Assembly (NCBI GenBank): GCA_036266195.1
Contig: DATANP010000366.1
Location: 1 to 59,882, forward strand
DNA length: 59,882 nt
From: Thermoanaerobaculia bacterium
GTDB taxonomy: Bacteria; Acidobacteriota; Thermoanaerobaculia; Multivoradales; UBA5704
Direction: 5' to 3'
Shown here: piece after piece, positions 22,801 through 46,761 of the stretch
How positions within the stretch are numbered: position 1 is the stretch's first letter
Layout of the letters: every line of letters begins with the position of its first letter
The notes under the pieces: model-generated
Databases searched by the model: none
Told to the model about the DNA's origin: nothing
What the model saw: only the letters and a program-made list of their open reading frames with translations
Translations under genes and position numbers: made by a program

Positions 22801-24581
22801 AACAGCACGCGCAGCGGCACCTCGACGCCGAAGACCTCGCGCACCTTGAGGAGAATCCGGGTGCCGACCAGCGAATGGCCGCCCACCTCCAGGAACGGGT
22901 CCTCGACGCCGACCCGCTCGGTCCCGAGCGCCTCCGCCCAGATCGCGGCCAGCGCCGACTGCACCGGGTCCTGCGGTGCTACGTACTCCCGGCCGTGCTG
23001 GCGGTCGTAGGTCGGCTCGATGCGCGCCAGGGCGCCGCGGTCGATCTTGCCGTTCGGATTGAGCGGCATATCGTCGAGGAAGACGAAGGCCGCGGGCAGC
23101 ATCGGGTCCGGCAGCCGCTCCGCAAGGAAATCCAGGAGATCTCCCTGCGTCGCCGCTTCCCCCTCGGACACCACATAGGCCACCAGCCGCTTCTCGCCGG
23201 GCGTGTCCTCGCGGGCGACCACGGCGGTGTCGCGCACGGCAGGGTGCGAGACCAGGGCGGCCTCGATCTCGCCCAGCTCGATGCGGAAGCCGCGGATCTT
23301 GACCTGATGGTCGATGCGCCCGAGGTAGTCGAGCTCGCCGTCGGGCCGCCAGCGTACGAGGTCGCCAGTGCGGTACGCGCGCTCGCCGGGCACGGTCGAG
23401 AACGGGTCCGGCACGAAACGCTCGGCGGTCAGCTCCGGCCGGTTCAGATAGCCGCGGGCGAGTCCGGAGCCCGCCAGGAGCAGCTCGCCCGGCTCTCCGG
23501 CTTCCCCGATCCTCCTCCCCCGCTCGTCGAGCACGTACGCGGACGTCCCTTCGAGCGGCCGGCCGATCGACGGCTCGCCCGAGCCCGGCAGCACCTCCGC
23601 ATAGGTCGAGTAGGTCGTGTCCTCGGACGGGCCGTAGAGGTTCCACAGGTGCCCCACCGTGCCGAGCGCGTGGATGCGCTCGGCCAGCACGCCGCGCAGC
23701 GGCTCGCCGGCCAGGTTCACGACCTGGACCGAGGGCGGCACCACATTCATGCGCAGCAGCTCTGCCATCGCGGATGGCACCGTGTTGATCAGCGTGACCT
23801 CGGAGGCCGCCGGGGTGCGGGCCAGCGCCAGCGCGTTTTCGCCGAGGATCACCCGCCCGCCCAGCGACAGCGGCACGAACAGCTCGAACACCGACAGGTC
23901 GAAGTTGATCGACGTCGAGGCGAACACGCCGGCCAGCGACTCCGGCGGGAACACGCCGCGCGCCCAGTCCACCATGGCCACGGCGCTGCGGTGCCCGATC
24001 GCCACCGCCTTCGGCCGGCCGGTCGAGCCGGAGGTGAAGATCAGGTAGGCGAGATTGCCGCTCGTGGCACCGCTTTGAAGATTCTCGTCAGGTCCCCCTT
24101 CGCGGTCCTCATCCTCCAGGAAGAGCACGCGCGTGCCGGGCGGAGGCTCGGGCAGATTGGCGGCCAGATGCCGGCGCGTCAGGAGCACGGGCGAAGACAG
24201 GCCGCGGTGCGCGTCTTCCAGGAGCAGCGCCAGGCGGTCGCGCGGATAGGCGGGGTCCAGGGGCGCGTAGGCTCCGCCCGCCTTGAGGATCGCCAGGAGA
24301 GCCACGACCATGCCTGGAGTGCGGTCCACGGAGACGGCGACCCGCTGCTCGGGCCCCACCCCCAGCTCGCGAAGCCGCCGCGCCAGCCGGTTGGCCCGAC
24401 GGTTGAGCTCGGCGTAGGTCAGCTCCAGCCGGGAGGCGCCGGGCTCCGGCGCATAGACGAGCGCCGTGCGGCCGGGCTCGCGCGCAGCCAGTTCCTCGAA
24501 GCGCCCGTGCAGGAGCTCTCCGGAAACGGCTGCGCTCTGCGCCGGGTGCGGCCCGGCTGCAGCTTCCTGGACCATCGCCAT
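10824..24581 (-). CDS. NRPS-A (4585 aa): A-T-C-A-T-C-[helical linker]-C-A-T-C-A-T-TE
   Basis: T-domain GGHS Ser codons at 22872, 19779, 15033 and 11793. HHxxxDG at 22323 (HHIVGDGWS), 19197 (HHIASDGWS), 17612 (HHIVCDGLS) and 14445 (HHIVSDGWS). A3 SGSTG cores near 24015-24050, 20908-20950, 16168-16210 and 12971-13012. TE GWSLGG at 11394-11414. ATG24581 is preceded by AGGAGGAG. Confidence 0.96.
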   Translation of the reverse strand: MAMVQEAAAGPHPAQSAAVSGELLHGRFEELAAREPGRTALVYAPEPGASRLELTYAELNRRANRLARRLRELGVGPEQRVAVSVDRTPGMVVALLAILKAGGAYAPLDPAYPRDRLALLLEDAHRGLSSPVLLTRRHLAANLPEPPPGTRVLFLEDEDREGGPDENLQSGATSGNLAYLIFTSGSTGRPKAVAIGHRSAVAMVDWARGVFPPESLAGVFASTSINFDLSVFELFVPLSLGGRVILGENALALARTPAASEVTLINTVPSAMAELLRMNVVPPSVQVVNLAGEPLRGVLAERIHALGTVGHLWNLYGPSEDTTYSTYAEVLPGSGEPSIGRPLEGTSAYVLDERGRRIGEAGEPGELLLAGSGLARGYLNRPELTAERFVPDPFSTVPGERAYRTGDLVRWRPDGELDYLGRIDHQVKIRGFRIELGEIEAALVSHPAVRDTAVVAREDTPGEKRLVAYVVSEGEAATQGDLLDFLAERLPDPMLPAAFVFLDDMPLNPNGKIDRGALARIEPTYDRQHGREYVAPQDPVQSALAAIWAEALGTERVGVEDPFLEVGGHSLVGTRILLKVREVFGVEVPLRVLFEASTIKALAARIESGEPSAALPPIPRLERTGPVPQSYAQERLWFLSQMLENQAVYHMPYAVRFDGDLDEAALERALQEIVRRHEVLRTVFRQTDEGALQTVLRFEPAPLTRIDLARDDFARHAADEASRPFDLEHGPVFRYELVRLAPDEHVLLLNLHHIVGDGWSMDVMARELVALYLRGWGEELPELPIQYADFSVWHRGWLESGVVERQVAWWRETLDGVPKLLELPLDRPRPQLQSFRGTRIRVELPRDLDRPLRDLSARRGATPFMTLVAAFQALLHRYTGQEDMLIGTPIANRLRPEVEPLIGFFTNTLVLRGRPSEEIPFEALLEQARSMALGAYTHQDLPFDKLVEELRIERSLSHNTLAQAAVTIQVPLPRFSLPGLEVRMEERHPGATPFDLFLALFEEETGLAGFLEYATDLFDAATVERLAGQLANLLRGACARPELPIADLPLIGEAEREQLVSGWNATATDYPRYALIHEMFEEQVRRSPDAEAMRSASGSMTYAELDARAEVLAGRLRSAGIGPDRLVCVFLERSPEQIVALLATLKAGGAYVPLDPSLPADRIAFVIADTAPVVVTRGDLRGRLPEGTSILTMEEDGPGLSHGPRPDSENLAFVLFTSGSTGRPKGVAVTHRNVARLLKENWFADFQPGDVVLQFAPLAFDASTLEIWGPLLIGGTVVMPPPHALSLDELGDAFLREKVTVMWLTAGLFHQLVEARPDSFRGLRFLMAGGDVLSPPHVDRVLRENPGLVLMNGYGPTESTTFTTGHLMTSPPGADAAVPIGRPISNTRVYLLDRGLRLVPAGGLGELCIGGDGLARGYLNRPDLTAERFVPDPLGPPGGRLYRTGDLARYRPTGEIEFLGRIDQQVKIRGFRIEPGEIETTLCEHPAVAEASVVVQGEGSDKHLVAFLVGAETDLRPFLEKRLPAYMVPSGFAWLEALPLNANGKVDRRVLAQTALRDERPGDLIEPRTPTEELVAGILAELLKRDRIGVDDDFFDLGGHSLLATRLISRLSNELGVQLSLRTVFEAPTVAGLAAALDSLLADERGIALPPILPRPRTGEDLPLSFAQERLWFLYQLDPASPLYNISLAVRLTGRLSVPALRAALQEIVRRHEVLRTAYATENGRAVQRVQAETAVTLPVSDLRGLPESLREAEAVRLAKEEEGLPYRLEEGRVTRFRLLRLDDRAWVLTLSVHHIASDGWSTSVLLGELADLYGRIVDPGDGREPVLPPLPVQYGDVAVWQRAWLQGEALDRLLAWWREALAGAPEKIELPTDRPQPAVVSHRGATRELTLPAAVLERAQALSRRLGATLFMTLLACFETVLHRVSGQDDLLVGTPVAGRGRPETEPLIGCFINTLVLRSREGPGTFRDLVRRVRTVALGAYVHQDLPFEKLVESLQVARSLDRNPLFQVMFGLHNAPLEEPALPGLALSLLDRDSDVSLFDVTLGLGEFRGELLGGFQYSADLFDPSTIERWSEHFRVILEAVMDDPDRQVSDLPRIPEPERRQVLGGEPAEVSAAAASAEDESQRKEEELRNRVAAREGELSERRSGLSDQKRAALAKLMKAKSAKLQAADEAPRLTIPRRVSAGPARLSFGQERLWFLDRLQPGTSLYNVTIALRLDGRLDLDAFQRSLDEVVRRNEVLRTVFPEIDGNPKQVVHPPSPLKLRQADLRHVPGDRQLAAVRDLVEQHDRTSFDLAHGPVVRGVLAHLAEDSWALILTFHHIVCDGLSFNVLVRELGALYNAFSQGRPSPLPDLPVQYADYAEWQRERLQGEGLAGRLDWWKRELDGAPTKLELPTDRPRPPAPTNRGASAWLSFPAGIGNAVTALRQKEGATSFMLLLAAFQALLGRYTGQDDLLVGSPVADRPLPETEALIGFFVNTLVLRGRLSGPPSFRGLLARTRESVLGAFAHQDLPFEKLVDEMGEGRDLVRTPLFQVSFSVQTAAGPSGALELPGLTLAPIDFEVTAAKFELSVALEERPAGEIVAGIQFDIDLFEPATAERLLRHYAILLEGALADPDRSLEDLPLLAEEERRQLLEDWAGVSLPVEDVRVHRLIEQQAARNPDALAVVQGDSRLSYGELDRGADRLAARLREMGAGPEKVVAVCLERSPTQVLAVLAVLKAGGAYLPLDPSNPAERLLYTLRDSGALAVLTSQELAGELEPAGVPALCLDALDLEEGDRIQVAVEPENLAYVIYTSGSTGNPKGTELRHSGLSNLVSWHRRAYGLTPDDRCALLAGSGFDASVWEIWPALASGASLHVPPADIVASPPDLWAWMAEEGITITFLPTPLVEAVLTEPVPERLVLRTILTGGDRLLRRPRREHPFDLVNHYGPTESTVVTNAAVVLREGDRPPTIGRSIENIRVFVLDRAFRPVPVGVPGELCIAGAGLARGYRHRPELTAVSFVPNPFGTPGERLYRTGDLVRWLPDGDVEFLGRIDHQIKIRGFRIELGEIEAALVALPEIREAVVLVDQEGGEKHLVAYLTPREGQSLPALHALRETLAARLPPYMVPSAFIALDAMPLNASGKVDRRALARIKPEPQAEETGAVHLTSTEEMLAGIWSELLGIERIRPSDDFFDLGGHSLLATRLVSRLREAFGVELPLRAVFQTPRLDALARRVEAALRDAGGVAAPPILPLSAEERGPWPPLSFAQERLWFLDRLEPGGVLYNVPSALRATGRLDVAALAAALNEIVRRHEALRTTFDQHEGRPFQAVAPELHVPVPVVDLTALPGDRREAEARLALSSEAAQPFDLHRGPLLRALLVRNGDEDWAMLLNMHHIVSDGWSVGVLTAEMAALYRAFLDGRPSALPPLPVQYADFAVWQRQWLRGEVLEAQIAYWRERLQGVRTVLDLPTDHPRPPVQSFRGGHRPMRLPAPVPQALREVARDSGATLFMVLLAGLQAILHRYTGQEDILVGSPVANRTRSEVEGLIGFFVNALVLRGEFRSPAPQGITFRELLGRVRTAALGAYAHQDLPFERLVDELKIERSLARNPVYQVVFTFNTPAQPLELPGLVLSPLGAEGASAKVDLLLGITEPEIGRSDTLDGSWEYSADLFDPSTIDRLSDHMAILLGAAAGNPDRPLSELPLLTASERDQILVQWNDTATSDFDIADCCLHHLFEEQAKRRPEAPAVIFDDRTMTYGELDERSERLAGRLRSLGVGPEGLVGISLERGIERIMAVLGVFKAGGAYIPLDPSHPRERLSWMLEDSRARVLIIESRLLDALPDHDAETLCLDLDDWEIEPRISAGAGVGPDHLAYVIYTSGSTGRPNGVLVRHGSAVNLIRRAVEHFGVGPESRLLQSVSFSFDASVLETWTALSTGAALCVARQETLLSGDALAAMIRRDGITTAVLTPSVLNSLPQEGMPTLEVVSVGGESCPGELASRWSPPDSILRRLLNCYGPTETTIYTTVHVCSGVYRKEPPIGRPVGGSRAYVLDFQGQPAPVGVPGALWIGGAGLARGYLNRPELTAERFAPDPFALAEHPGERLYRTGDLARWNADGELEFLGRIDRQIKIRGLRIELGEIEAALGTHPRLREYAVLVRDDGRGGKRLAAFVVPGPVLEGDEDLPPLAAQDLREHLRDRLPDYMVPGSFTFLEALPRTPTDKIDRDALLRLDPSADDHAGADFVEPRDVVELELVRIWQEVLGVPRVGVRDNFFEAGGHSLLAVKLMAQVQQRFGHELPLSILFQGGTVEEMAARLRAGESEEASTSLVPIQPSGSRPPLFCVHPAGGDVLCFAALARHLGPDQPFFGFQSQGLAGAEPPLTRIEDMAAHYVEEMRRQQPQGPYHLGGWSLGGVVAFEMARQLREQGEEVALLAILDSVPDLTAEAAGFQTDIDFLLDMAAYVESLWGKSLGLTRADLESLDMEAQLEVFAERLRGADFLPPGAGVEQLARILRVYKANANAAGAYEPRPYPGGLTLIRAADMPPVSEGPLSEPDLGWGRVVQSPVEVVPVPGQHLTILAEPHVGGLARELERYLSRRDESQ
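10827..11650 (-). other. Thioesterase (TE) domain of NRPS-A
   Basis: PPLFCVHPAGGDVLCF ... HLGGWSLGGVVAFEMA (GxSxG), C-terminal to the last T domain. Boundaries are approximate. Confidence 0.9.
18009..18284 (-). other. ~92-aa charged helical linker between two C domains (RRSGLSDQKRAALAKL ... IPRR)
   Basis: PEPERRQVLGG...ESQRKEEELRNRVAAREGELSERRSGLSDQKRAALAKLMKAKSAKLQAADEAPRLTIPRRVSAGPAR, followed by LSFGQERLWF. No GGxS or A-domain motifs lie within it. Confidence 0.85.
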
Positions 24582-24688
24582 CTCTGCTCCTCCTGTTCAA
24601 GGGGTGGACACGCGGCCTGGCGGGTCAAGGCCCGCTCATGTAGTTTGGTGCCCGTCGCTTCCAAAACAGGGACGTCTAAGCATTTCCT

Positions 24689-40521
<15,833 letters not shown>

Positions 40522-40525
<4 letters not shown>

Positions 40526-43500
40526 AGGAGCTGCGCCAGCTCCTCCTCGCTCAGGCTGTCCACCTTGGCGATCATCAGCTCCTCGACCACGAGGGACAGC
40601 TCGGCCAGCGTCGGCGCCTCGAAGAGCGTGCGGAGCTTGAGGTCGATCTCGAACGTCTGCTGGATGCGCGACACGAGCTGCGTGGCGAGCAGCGAGTGGC
40701 CGCCCAGGTCGAAGAAGCTGTCGAACGCGCCGACCCGCGGCACGTTGAGGATCTCCTTCCACAGCTCGGCCAGCGCCTCCTCGATCTCGTTGCGCGGCTC
40801 GACGAAGCCCTCCTCGTCCTCGGCGCGGCCCCAGACCGGCGCGGGCAGCGCCCGGCGGTCCACCTTGCCGTTCGGCGTGAGCGGCATGGCGGCGAGCACC
40901 ACGAACGCGGCCGGCACCATGTAGTCGGGCAGACGCTCCTTCACGAATGACTTCAGGTCCGCGGTCTCCAGCGTCTGGCCTTGCTGCGGCACCGCGTAGG
41001 CCACGAGCCGCTTCTGGCCGTTCTCCTCCAGCGCCAGGACAACAGCCTGGTGGACGCCGGGATGCCGGCCGAGCACCGACTCGATCTCCCCGGGCTCGAT
41101 CCGGAAGCCGCGCACCTTCACCTGGAAGTCCACGCGGCCCAGGAACTCGATCTCGCCCGTGGACAGCCAGCGCGCCAGGTCGCCCGTGCGATACAGCCTC
41201 TGCCCTTCACCCTGGAAGGGGTCGGGCACAAACACCTGCGCCGTGCGCACCGCCTCGGCCAGGTAGCCGCGGCCGACTCCCAGGCCGCCCACGCACAGCT
41301 CGCCCGCCACGCCCGGCGGCAGCGCACGCAGCTCGCGGTCCACGATGTAGAGCTGCGTGTTCGCCACCGGCTTGCCGATCGGCGTGTGGACCACCTGTGG
41401 CTCCGGCGCCTGCCGGATCGGATGGTGCGCCACGTCGTCCGAGCACTCGGTCGGACCATAGGCGTTCATCAGCGGGATCGAGGGGTAGATCGCCAGCCAC
41501 CGCCGGCACAGCTCCGGCGGCAGGGCCTCGCCCGTGGGGATCATCCAGCGGAGCGTCTTCAGGGCCGGCAGATCCGGCACCTCCAGCATGGCCGCGAGGA
41601 CCGACGGCACGACCTCCAGGATCGTCAGGCCATCGCGCTCCACCGCCGCCAGGAGCGACGCGGGATCGTGCGCGACTTCATCCGGATAGATGTGGACCCG
41701 GCCGCCCACGGCCAGCGAGACCAGGAGCTGCCACACCGAGATGTCGAAGCTCTGCGAGGCGTTCTGGGCCACCGCGTCGGACGCGGTCAGGCCCAGGTCC
41801 TCCACCTTGGCGAGCAGGTGGTTCAGCATGCCGCGGTGATGGATCATCGCGCCCTTGGGCAGACCCGTGGAGCCCGACGTGTAGATCACGTACGCCAGGT
41901 TCTCCTGGCTGGACCGCACCGGCACGCCGTCTCCTTCCGAGAGGCTCTCCATCTCCAGGATCTCGACCTCCGGCACGTCGCCGTGGAGATCACCGGCCAT
42001 CAGCTTCGGGCCGAGGCCGTTGCCGGAGAGCAGCCAGCGCGCGCCGCTCTGCGCCAGCACCGCGAGGGCTCGCGCCGCCGGCTGGTTCGGATCGAGCGGC
42101 AGGTAGGCGCCGCCCGCCTGGAACACCGCCAGCACGCCGGTCAGGAAGTCGAGGCTGCGCTCCGCCAGGATCGCCACCAACGACTCCGGCCCGACGCCGT
42201 GGCCGGACAGCACCCGCGCCCAGCTCTTCGCCCGGTCGTCGAGCTCGCGGTAGGTCAGGCTCTTCCCCTGGCAGACAGCCGCCACCGCGTCCGGCGACTT
42301 CTCCACCTGGGCGGCGAAAAGGTCCACGAACGTGTCTGCCTCCGGCCTCGCCTGCGCGGTCTCGTTCCAGGCGGCGAGCACCTGGCGCTGCTCGCCGTCG
42401 CTCATCAGCGGCAGGTCCTGGATCGGCATGTCCGGGTTCGCCGCCACCGCCGCGTAGATGCGCTGGAGGTGGTCCACCATCCGGCGCGCGGTCACGCGGT
42501 CGAACAGGTCGGCGTTGTACTCCAGCCAGCCAACCGTGCCCTCCGGCCCTTCCGCCATCCACAGCGACAGGTCGAAGTTCGCGCGGTCGTTGCGCACGCC
42601 CGAGCTGCTGATCGTGAGCCCGGGAAGCTCCTCGTAGACCGCCGGGAAGTTGAGCAGATTGAGCATCGCCTGCACCACCGGGCTTCTGGACATGTCGCGC
42701 TCGAAGCGGATCTCCTCCAGCAGCTTCTCGAACGGGATGTCCTGGTGCGCGTAGGCGTCGAGCGTCGTGGTCTTCACCCGCCGCAGCAGCTCGCGGACCG
42801 TGGGATTGCCCGACAGGTCCGTGCGCAGCGCGAGGTTGTTGACGAAGAAGCCGATCAGCCCTTCGACCTCGGCCCGCGTGCGGTTCGCGATCAGCGCGCC
42901 GACGCCGAAATCGTCCTGCTGGCTGTAGCGCTGGAGCAGCACCTTGTAGCCGGTCAGGAGGACCATGAACAGCGACGCGCCCTCGCCGTGCGTGAGCGCC
43001 TCCAGGCCCCGGCTCACGGCCGCGGGGAGCTGGAAGTCCTCGTACTCGCCGCGGAACGTCTGCACCGGCGGACGCGGACGGTCGCCGCGGACGTCGAGGA
43101 ACGGGATGCCCGCGAGCTTGCCGTTCCAGAATCCGATCTCCCGCGCCAGCACGTCGCCGGTGAAGTGGTGCCGCTGCCAGTCCGCGAAGTCGAGATATTG
43201 GATCGGCAGCTCGGCCTGCGGCGAAGGCGTGCCCGTCACCGCCTCGCGGTAGGCATGGGTGAGGTCCACCTGGAGCACGCCCATGGACCAGCCGTCGGTC
43301 ACGATGTGGTGGACGGCCAGGATGAGCAGGTGCTCCTCCGGAGCCAGCCGCAGCAGGACCGCCGACAGGAGCGGACCGGTCGCCAGGTTGAACGAGGTCG
43401 ACGTGTGGTGGAGGATCAGCCGCCGCTCTTCGGCCAGGCGCTCCTCCGCCGCCATGGGCGACAGGTCCACGAACGGCATCTCGATCGTCAGCTCGGGCAG

Positions 43501-45942
43501 GATCTCCTGGTGCACCTTGCCGTCCACCGAGGGGAATCGGGTGCGCAGCGTCTCGTGGCGGCGCACCACGGCGTTGAGCGCCCGGTGCAGCGCGTCCACG
43601 TCGAGCTTCCCCTTGAGGCCGATCGCGGCCGGCACGTTGAAGGCCGGCGTGCCCGGATCAAACTGGTCGAGGAACCAGAGCCGCTGCTGCGCGAACGAGA
43701 GCGGGAACGGTCCGAAGGTGTCGCGCAGGGGACTGACCGGGATCTTCGCCGTCTGGTCCTGCCGCCCCTCCTCCTGCATGTAGCGGATGGCGTCCGCCAG
43801 CTCGGCCGCGGTCGGGAACGAGAACAGGTGCTGGAGCGGGAAGTCGATCCCGAGATCCTGGCGCACGCGCGAGAGGATCTGGGTGGCGAGCAGCGAGTGG
43901 CCGCCGAGCTGGAAAAAGTTGTCGTGGACGCCGACCGGCTCCACGCCCAGGATCTCCTGCCAGATGCGGCAGACCGCGGTCTCGCGCTCGTCGCGCGGCG
44001 GCTCGTAGGGGTTGAACAGGTTCGGCCGCGGGTGGAGCGTCTGCACCGAGCCCGCCGCCATGGCGAGCACCGGGCTGAGCGCCGCGCTCGCCGGGACCGC
44101 CTCCTCGGGCGTCACCAGCACGTGCTCGTGGCTGGCCAGGGCCGGGTCGGGCAGCACCACGCCGGGCATGTCGATCCAGTAGCGCCGGCGCTCGAACGGA
44201 TAGGTCGGCAGCGAGACCCGCCGCCGGGTTTCGCCGTCATAGAGCGGCTGCCAGTCCAGCCCCTCCGCCCACGACAGCCAGCGCCGGCCGGTCTCGCGCA
44301 GATCCTCTCCTTGGACTGCGGACGCCAGAAGCGGCCCGGCCCCGGAGTCCAGGTGGCCGGGTACGGCCGTGAACACCCGCGCCGGATCGAGCGACTCCAG
44401 CGCCTCGATCGCCTCCTCGCGCGTGCGGCAGGCCACCAGCCGGCGGTGCTCGAACGAGCGCCGGCCCACGTGGAGCGTGTACTCGACGTCCGCCAGATCC
44501 AGATCCGGATGCCTCTCCAGGAATCCGGCAAGGCCGCGGGTCGCCTCCTCGAGGGCCGCGTCGCTCTTGGCCGAGAGCGCGAGCAGGTGCCACTCGCGGC
44601 GCGAGGGGGTCGTCGGGACCTCGGGCGCCTCCTCCATCACGATGTGCGCGTTCGTGCCGCCGAAACCGAACGAGCTCACGCCCGCGCGCCGCGGCGAACC
44701 GGGGGCCGGCTCCCAGGGGCGCAGCTTCGTGTTGATGAAGATCGGGCTCGACGCGAAGTCGATCTCCGGGTTCGGGTCCACGAAGTGAAGGCTGGGCGGG
44801 ATCACCTGGTGCTTGAGCGACAGGATCGTCTTGATGATGCCGCCGATGCCCGCCGCCACGTCCAGGTGGCCGATGTTCGTCTTGACCGAGCCGAGCGGGA
44901 TGAACTGCTTGCGGTCGGTCTCGGCGCGGAACGCCTTGGTGAGCGCCTGGACCTCGATCGGATCGCCGAGGCGCGTGCCGGTGCCGTGGGCCTCGATGTA
45001 GGAGGCCGACTCCATCTCCACGCCGGCCGCGCCCCAGGCCTCGGAGATGACCTCGGCCTGGCCGTCCACGGAAGGAGCCGTGTAGCCGACCTTGAGCGCG
45101 CCGTCGTTGTTCACGGCCGAGCCCAGGATGATGGCGTGGACGTTGTCGCCGTCGCGCAGCGCATCCTCGGCGCGCTTGAGCACCACCACGCCCGCGCCGC
45201 CGCCGAAGAGAATGCCCTCGGCCCCGGCGTCGAACGCCTTGCACTTGCCGGACTTGGCGAACACCGAGCCTTCGGCGGCCTTGTAGCCGGTGAGCAGGTG
45301 GACGTTGATCGACACGCCGCCCGCGAGCGCCAGGTCGCACTCGCCGTTGAGCAGGCTCTGGCAGGCGGTGTGGACCGCCACGGCGGAGGTCGAGCAGGCG
45401 CTCTGGACCGTGAAGCTGGGGCCCTTCAGGTTGAACTTGTACGACACCCGGGTGGCGAGCGAGTCGCCGGCGTTGCCCACCAGGAGCTGGAGCGGGTCCA
45501 TGGATGCCGTGAGCGCCTTGTTGGGCAGCAGGTTGAAGAGCAGGTAGGTGCTCGTGGTCTGGCCGGCGAACACGCCGGTCATGCCGGTGAGGCTGTCGGG
45601 GTCGTAGCCGGCGTCTTCGAGCGCCTCCCAGCAGACCTCCAGGAACCAGCGCTGCTGGGGGTCGAGGATCTCGGCCTCGCGGTGGTTGATGCCGAAGAAG
45701 TGGGCATCGAACTTGTCGAGGTCCGCGGGCTGGGCCGAGGCCTTGATGTAGGTCGGGTCCGCGAGCAGGGCGGGGCTTACGCCGAAGGCGCGCAGCTCCT
45801 CGTCCGTGAAGAACCGGACCGAATCCACGCCGTCGCGGAGGTTGGCCCAGAACTCCTCCAGGTTGCGGGCACCGGGGAACCGGCCCACCATGCCGACGAC
45901 AGCAATCGCGTTTTCGAGCGCGTTTTCCAGGTCTCTGCCCAT
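40522..45942 (-). CDS. Hybrid PKS-NRPS (1806 aa): KS-(AT-less linker)-T-C-A-T
   Basis: KS with QSACSTS (Cys codon 45394-45396), EAHGTGT and NIGHL. KS-AT-type linker ...[14 protein letters not shown]...[14 protein letters not shown], with no AT GHSxG motif. T Ser codons at 43894 and 40693. HHIVTDGWS at 43306. A3 core near 41851-41900 and [12 protein letters not shown]. The C-terminal tail is ...[20 protein letters not shown] lies 9 nt upstream of ATG45942. Confidence 0.95.
44625..45905 (-). other. Ketosynthase (KS) domain
   Basis: [13 protein letters not shown] ... [14 protein letters not shown]. The catalytic Cys/His/His all appear present. Boundaries are approximate. Confidence 0.9.
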
Positions 45943-45951
45943 GCTAAAAAA

Positions 45952-45957
45952 CTCTCC
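45952..45957 (-). promoter_or_regulatory. Shine-Dalgarno (GGAGAG) for the PKS-NRPS gene
   Basis: ctctcc on the plus strand, 9 nt from the ATG at 45942. It lies in a lower-GC leader. Confidence 0.6.
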
Positions 45958-46239
45958 AAAGCTTCTCGCTCGGTGGATTTCACGTCTCCCGGCAAGACGG
46001 GGATGCTCCGCGCCGGAGGAAGGGGGGTTCGCATCCGCGCATCCGCGCCGAAGCGAAGCACTCTAGATTACCACGACCGGCCCCCGATCGGCCCCTCTTC
46101 TACTGTTAGTGCCGCCGGGTTCCCGCGGTGGGACAACTCCTTGAAGGGAATACGGAAAACGCGGGCGGGGGGCGCCGGATGGAGGGTGTTTTCTCTCCAG
46201 GCTGAACCGCACGAGGGCCCTCACCCCCGGCCCCCGTTT

Positions 46240-46761
46240 TCACTGGGAGCGCCGGCGTCGGGCCGCTGGTTGCCGACCGTCCGCAATCCCTGGCGGGTCG
46301 TCCGCAACTCTCTGCCGGCCATCGGCAACGCCCTGCCGGTGATCGGCCGACATCTGCCGAGGATCGGCAACTCTCTGCCGGTCATCCGCAATCACCTGCG
46401 GACGATCGGCAAACGTCTGCTGACTGTCGGCAACCCTCTGCCAGTCATCCGCGACGATCTGCGGGCGGTTGGCCAACGCCTGCGGATCGTCGGCCACGCT
46501 CTGCCGAACATCCGCAACCGACTGCCGACCCTCGGCAGACGCTCGCGGATCGATCAGGGAACAGATCCTCGACCTCCACCTGAAGGCCGGGCAGCATACC
46601 GAGGTCACCGTCTCCCCGACTCCCCCACTGCAGAACTCGACGTAGCGATCCTCGCTCAAGGTATGGATCACGACCCTCCGCGCCTTGGGATCGACAATCC
46701 AGTGCCAGATCTGTCCGTCATGGTCCTCGGGAGTTGGCAGGGTGTAGGCCGGTTCGGACAT
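46240..46761 (-). CDS. Hypothetical ORF: Uma2-family (DUF820) C-terminal fragment fused to ~13 heptad repeats; possibly a gene remnant
   Basis: ATG46761 follows GAGAGG. IWHWIVDPKARRVVIHTLSEDRYVEF..GETVTS resembles the EYWIVDP...V.VY.L..G.Y end of Uma2 endonucleases, but the N-terminal two-thirds of that fold is absent. The rest is (V/I)ADxRQx repeats encoded by the 21-bp array. Confidence 0.35.
   Translation of the reverse strand: MSEPAYTLPTPEDHDGQIWHWIVDPKARRVVIHTLSEDRYVEFCSGGVGETVTSVCCPAFRWRSRICSLIDPRASAEGRQSVADVRQSVADDPQALANRPQIVADDWQRVADSQQTFADRPQVIADDRQRVADPRQMSADHRQGVADGRQRVADDPPGIADGRQPAARRRRSQ
46257..46550. repeat. 21-bp tandem array, ~13-14 units (consensus about atcggcaacNctctgccgNNc)
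   Basis: Units read directly: cgtccgcaactctctgccggc / catcggcaacgccctgccggt / gatcggccgacatctgccgag / gatcggcaactctctgccggt ... The array is contiguous with no spacers. It is open in frame on both strands. Confidence 0.9.

Noticed and set aside
40526-40762. 79-codon N-terminal extension of the NRPS-B ORF ([15 protein letters not shown]...).
   Set aside because: It overlaps the T domain of the upstream hybrid gene in another frame and has no domain content. ATG40525 gives an ATGA overlap and begins exactly at a C-A linker/A-domain sequence.
46257-46550. The 21-bp array as a possible CRISPR.
   Set aside because: The units are contiguous with no spacers, are far shorter than CRISPR repeats, and diverge gradually. 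No cas genes are nearby.
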